A DNA stretch of 64,000 nucleotides from Phoronis australis (lineage: Eukaryota > Animalia > Phoronida): positions 212,613 to 276,612 of the forward strand of contig NMRA01000052.1 of assembly GCA_002633005.1 (NCBI GenBank), given 5' to 3'. Made by a program: the position numbers and the translations under genes. The first letter of the stretch is position 1; every line of letters begins with the position of its first letter. Under the pieces are notes generated by a model. That model made no database searches and was not told the origin of the DNA. It saw only the letters and a program-made list of their open reading frames with translations. This document shows, piece after piece, positions 57,860 through 64,000 of the stretch.

Positions 57860-59113
57860 CTGTCAATGGAATGACGTTTGCAAAATACGTAACACGGATT
57901 GTTGTATGAAAGAATTTCTTATTCAAAACTAGACATAGTTGTTGGTTTTGCACAGACCCAGCTGTCATAGTTTCAAAGAGGACGAGTTACACTATGAGAC
58001 CCCAAGAGTATCCTTCAACGTCCTCATATAGGTTCTTTCGTCGGCAAAATTCTGAGCATAAAAAATCACATCCTCTGTTCATTTCGCGTAACTCAGGAAT
58101 CTTCAGATGGTGAGACGAGCACTCTACTGCATAGCAAAGACATGGTAATGATTTTGGTGTTATTCGGTCCATGGAAAAATAAAAAGATTCTTCCTTATTA
58201 AGAAAAATAATGTTAGTACTATTAAAGATATTCCTGCGTTTATTCTCCAGTTTAGAGTTTCGTCAATCGAGAGATATCGCTAAAATCTAAACATTTCGTA
58301 AGTTACTCCCTTTTGCGTATTAGCAACTCAAGAAAAGTTAAGCTGAGCGAGGTGCAACTGTGGCGATCATTTAGCTGGTACAACACCAAAAATTTTGAAA
58401 AATATTCTGTAAATCTCATATTTAATTTGGGTTATTTTGAAAACATCTGATTACGTGTTGAAAGGGCGTCATTTAGGGAATATTTATTTATTCATTGTAA
58501 TCAATTAGGGTGGCCTCTTCAGTGACAGCACTGCTTTCCAAGAGGGCCCTCAACAACAAAATATAAAACGGTAATATAACACAATAAAGTAGTAAAACAA
58601 TAATCAAAGACATGCAACAGAGAAACAGTTAAAACAGGTTGATATCACTGGTTTGCTTTCAAATTCCATAAATTATTATTTTTTAAATAAAAAGAAGGCT
58701 AAAGAGTGTCTTAAAAGTTTTGTGACGCGTGAATTTGTTTAAAGTGCTCATTAAAATGCCCAATTTCACATCAAAAATACTAAAAAACAACCCCACCAGT
58801 CGATCAGCTGTCAAATTAGAACACCCTCAAACACTATCTGACGATATGTTAAATTAACTGATCTCACGTAACGATCATTTATTAGTCCAAACATACTACG
58901 TAAAATCGGGACAACCAATCACAGCCCAAGTCATCCTCCATCGTGTTTAGTGTGAAGACGACAGATTTTGCAGCTCGTTTCCCCGTCGTTTGTGGTATAG
59001 TAATGAAGTGTGAGGAGTTGCGTTTGTGGTGGTTGTGACAACTTAGTATTTGACCACAATGTGGCTGTTTTCACTTTCCCATGGTACATCAGAGAAGTGC
59101 GGATATGGCCCAA

Positions 59114-59368
59114 CATGCGCGCACCCAGGGGGGGGACTCGAACGAGCTCCCCCCCTCCCCCCCCCCATTTGGCGAAGTGGGCAAAAATGTCCGCCCCTGA
59201 GAAACAAAATGTCCGAGGAAATAAGACAAAAGTCCAGTAGTTAAGCGCAAACGCCCAATTCACAGTGGTGTTCCTTTTTTTTAGTCCGCCCGCTCTTTTG
59301 TTAGCAAAACGTCCATAACGTCAGGAATTCGAGCCCCCGCCCCATTTTGAAGGCTGGGTGCGCGCATG
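59114..59368. mobile_element. MITE family D, copy 2
   Basis: Perfect 15-bp TIR CATGCGCGCACCCAG. Confidence 0.8.
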
Positions 59369-61588
59369 CACAAGTTTGTACAAGATCGCGTGTTGGTGTA
59401 CATAGCACACTGGCGCTAAGTACGTTCATACGTCACACTCATGTCCGATGAGCTATTGAAGTCGCTTTCCTTCTATTTTATCGTTTTGAATCCACCACTG
59501 AGGTATATTATGCCACAAAGGAAGGTTTCATGATGCTGACAATGTAGTCTCTTGTCAAAACGAAGTAAATGGTGTTTTTTAAAACCACATGCCACAAACC
59601 CGCATTCCATTATGAAAACAATTTCAACCAGCGCTTACCGTTATGATAATGTTTCTTCAAAGAAAATTCGTTTGCTCATAAGAGTTCGGGATGTGACGCA
59701 TGCGCCCGTGCTTCACTTAAAGACCATCACTTGCGTATGCACATGTCTAAAATTTGCGAGTTTCTTTGTGTCTTTTGTGCAATTTTGTACTTTTCATAAA
59801 AACAGCAAAATTGATTACATGTGGACGTAGACTGAGATAAGTCAAGTAATATCTAGTGGGATATTCCTAGTTTTTTTATTCTAGTGTTCTGCATAGGGGC
59901 ACATGTGCCCAACTCTGGATATATGCGGAGCTTCACAAATAAGTCCATGCCCCTAAATATGTACATGTACAAAAACCTAAATTTTTGTGGGCAAGTCTTC
60001 AACCTCTCCTACACATTCCCTCCAGTGAAACGGGCAGTGTGTGTTTGATGATAATCATGCAAACCCACTCTACTGACACACCTAGTCATCAGTTGCTTCC
60101 AACCTTGTATTGAGTACCAAAATAAGAAGCACATAAGAATACATAAAAGACACCCAGTCGAACAAATGTGCCTGTACCTACAGGTGTAACTTAGGGACAT
60201 GTGCCTATGTGAGCGACTCAAAACGAGTTTAAAAAGCATGGTTGGAGGTATTAGCCAATAGCCCAATACATATACAGAATTATACCCAAAATAGACATAT
60301 TTCCTACTTGGGCTATTGATAAAGCTAACCAGAACTGAATTTTGGAAGGCCAGTGGCTTAAAAACAAACATCAATTAACAGTTTTTATTCAGAAAAGAAC
60401 ATTTATAAGTAGATCAACTAACCATCACTGATTGCAACATTTTCAGTAACAAAATAACAATTAACAGTTTTTTAGATGGCTAGAATAGCACTATCATGAT
60501 TCAATTTACAATCGGAATTATGATCATTAAAAACTGGAACATAATTCATTTCAACTGTGATACAGACCGACAAGAATTTCACTCTCACTCCAGTGACCAC
60601 TGTTGCTTTTCTACAGGCTTGAAATATTAATATCCGAAACCACATTTTTAGCTACGGTTTAACAGAACGTAAGCCACACAGTTCTTTGAGGTCCTAAAAA
60701 CATAGAAGAGGTATTTATACAACTGTCCAGCAAAGCAATGTTATGACTTGATTTTTTTGCTACACGGCAGTTAACATTCAGACTATTTCTCTGGTGAATG
60801 CTTCTGAGAAATAAAGAATCAAAAATGAAATTGTAACCAAAATCCGAACCGAAAGCAAAAGGTTGTGAACGGTTTGGGGTCCGATGTATCACTGAGAAAA
60901 AATAATCAAAATTGAAAACCAGTGCTGCACCAACAACAACACTGAAAGCAGGGAATTCTGACTTATTTGTTGACAAATTCACATTTTCTCAAAGAGATGA
61001 ACACTTTGGAAACATAAGTGAAACTATACGCTGATCTAAGAAACTCTCCCCTCTCAGATGCCCCAAATACGATGGGGTGTTTTCTAATCATCAAAAATTG
61101 ACCAGAGTAAAAATGAGACCGGATACGCTTTCAGAGACCCAGAAGTCCAAGCTAGATTAGAGAAAACAGGTTCGGGACCGCCCACTCAAAATGGAGAACA
61201 ATTGTGGAAAATTAGAATTGTCACATTACCTTGAACCATGTGTTCAGAAAAACGCGGAATCATAACACAAGCCTAGCTGTTGATGAATGAACCTGTCCCA
61301 AGGTAATAATCACACTGGTTAGAATCCCAGGTTGCGCATGAGCAATTTCACCTTATCTGAGTGGGCGTTTTTACAGCAAACATGATATAATAGTCCGTGG
61401 TGTAGAATATTAAAGCTATCAAAATTGTGTGTACTCGTATAACACACAGTCACAATGAACCCCACTTCGGGATGACACACAACAGAGCAGGACTAGAAAG
61501 AATTTCAGCGTAATTCGGAATAAATTTTTTATGCAAATCGAACTTTCTTGTCACACGCTTGTCACAGTTTTGCACTCTGTGATGGCAG

Positions 61589-63702
61589 TCATTGCTTCAG
61601 AAACTTGGCATGATGGGAAATGTGATCACCGATGAATGTGGCGATGAAATAGTAGCTGTGATCATAATCCTGGAAAACATGGTTGAAAACGAAAAGTAAT
61701 ACTAAAGTATAAACACTACACCTGTTGGTGGAAAAGGCAAACAAAATAAAAAATGGAAGCAAAACCACATAAATTCCAGTGTATGTTTCTTCCTAGATGG
61801 AACAAAAATGTGGGCGAGCAAAATATTGTTGAGTCTGAAAATTGTGTCAATTTTCCATCCTTAGAACAACATGTTGAGATTTTACGCAGAAATACAAACA
61901 TCCAGACAAATCTCACTCATAAGCAGGCTGGCTGATTATATTGTCTTGGATGGTTGTGTAGATATTCACAACTAATTCAAAATAATTGTCCACTTGTGTG
62001 TCATTTTACAAGCAGGATCCTTACTTAAAGACTGGAATGGTTTAATTACAGAGACATGAAAATCTTTTATATTGACTGTACTATCTTGTATTCTGACCCA
62101 TTGAGTGGAGCAAATTTCCCAGAACTTGAAATTGACAGGCTTTGCAAACTTTTGTTTGAGGTCTTCAAAAATGTTTGTGGTCTATCGTGTGTTAACGGGA
62201 TGTTCTTATTTGACTTAAAGACACTGGCTAAAATTAACATGTCAGCCATACACCCACAAAAAGCATATTCTGGAATGCAGTCAAGTCAATACAAAGGTCC
62301 AGTCTTATGACACAGTCTCCGAGCAGCCATTAGGGAGTGTGTTGATCCAAATGTCTCACTGGTATTTGTTTTTTTATTGTCTACTTTGTCAATTGCTATT
62401 TTATAGACTGCAAAACGAGACTGTGGTCCATGCTTACTGTTTTTAAAATTGACTTTGATTACATATTGACTTGACTTGACCACAAGCAGAGACATCAAAT
62501 ATTCGGCAAAAGCAACTATCAGGCAAATTGGGGTGTAACTTGGTGACAAAAACTAATGAGTAATGATTTCCGTGTGACTCACAACAAAAGCGATAGTGTA
62601 AGAGAAATGTAGAGCAAAGCGTGCGTTAGAAAGCTTGCACAGTGCTCACTAACTCAGCTGTGTATAGTGAACCGACTATTTGATCGACTCAACATACCTC
62701 TTGCATACGCAAAACAACAGGCATCTTGCTTTCTGCGCAAGCCGATACAAAGTTGTCAGGAAGAAGTTCGCCTTTCGTCAAAAAGTTATCCGCCTTCCCC
62801 TGGAATTGGAAAAACAATAAAATGAGTATGTACACAATAATTTCACATCATTTGTGAATTAACCAACAACACAAGAACAGACGGACTTCATAACAAAAAG
62901 AAGTACTTCCTGTTTCTCCTTTTTTTTGCTTCAATCTTCAGGTAAAACGCGACACTGTAACTTTCGATCAATTTTCCAAGTAGTTTAGATTTGTGCCTGG
63001 ATTAAGTAGGTCACAAAACCTCATTTAAAGAACTTTAAACAACCGACTGTAGATGACAGAATTGTGACATATCATTGATGGGCAACAAATGAGTGAAGTC
63101 ACTGGATTCCATAATGAGTTTTGACGTTACCTGCGACTAGTAATTTTTAGGACAATACAGTGCACAAAATCGAAATCCCAACCAGCAGAATATACCAACC
63201 TGATCAATCAATATCTGACTTGGCGGACCCTGGTACTTTCGCACTAAGTGGCAAGCGTCATACTCCTGAAAGACGATTTGTAGGAAATTCGATCATACAA
63301 AATGAGCACGTCTGCGCAAGGAACGTGACAGCTACGCCAACAGGTAAAACTTGCCGAGACCAACTCAGTAAAAGTGAGAGGTTGACTGGAAGCACGTAAC
63401 AAACCAGCCAGCATGAATTTTGTCCCTCTTGTAATTTTTGGCCACAAAACCCACCCTAGTAGAGTGGGGTTGTCCATGGCATAGGCTTTATCATTGAACA
63501 GGCACCCTGTATACCAACACATTGTATTACAGTGCAGTCAAACCTCACCTTCCACGAGTCCTTGTCTTCACCCAGGTAACCGGTGAACGCCTTCTGGCCC
63601 CAGGGACACTCCACGGGGTTACAAATGGGCGAAAAGGCCGATACTGACCTGTACTTGCCGGGATTCTTCAAGAACAGGGTCAGAGCGCCGTGACCACCCA
63701 TA
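61589..63702 (-). CDS. ESD: S-formylglutathione hydrolase / esterase D, last four exons (63702-63549, 63265-63200, 62799-62698, 61669-61589); 5' part outside window
   Basis: (S)[41 protein letters not shown] / EYDA..ILIDQ / GKADNFL..LLPDNF..LRMQE / [24 protein letters not shown]. Catalytic Asp and His are visible; the nucleophile Ser codon is split by the upstream intron. Confidence 0.96.
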
Positions 63703-64000
63703 CTGGAAAATAATGTAAAATAAACAAAGACTGGGTTTACGTGATTCAATTTTATCACAAAAAAGGTTCCAGGTGATCAGTGCAACGGGCCCACCTAAGT
63801 GACCTGTGCAAGTCTGGTACAACGTCTACTGTGTTGCTCGCATCTAATTTTTTTTGGACACGATTATCTCCATCCTTGCATCGACATCAATACATATAAG
63901 CTCACTTGCTACGTTCTCATGATAGACATAGCTTTACATATCCCAGACAAACTGGTAGTAAGGAACAACAGAGCTATCATGAACTGCAGGCATGCATCTA

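Overview
This is eukaryotic (bilaterian-invertebrate-like), AT-rich, intron- and transposon-rich DNA, with no prokaryotic operons, rRNA or CRISPR. I assembled gene models by hand from GT-AG splice sites and codon phases; all six lie on the minus strand. They are: (1) a weakly supported ~107-aa two-exon ORF (1.2-2.0 kb); (2) a type II membrane TNF-superfamily ligand resembling TRAIL/TNFSF10 (11.9-15.9 kb); (3) a two-exon EcKL/CHK-like (DUF227) kinase (22.0-27.0 kb); (4) a five-exon secreted fibrinogen-related lectin of FIBCD1/ficolin type (33.1-38.7 kb); (5) an unrecognised gene of at least 12 phase-compatible exons and at least 538 aa (44.1-57.9 kb) with faint, collinear STAT-like motifs but no SH2; and (6) the 3' half of S-formylglutathione hydrolase/esterase D (61.6-63.7 kb). 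The rest is decayed LINEs, an Academ-like relic, three THAP relics, several MITE families (one triply nested) and microsatellites. The best leads are the orphan STAT-like gene and the IRF/STAT/NF-kB-type motifs around the TRAIL-like gene. Both are inferences that need computational testing. Coordinates were counted by eye and may be off by a few bases.
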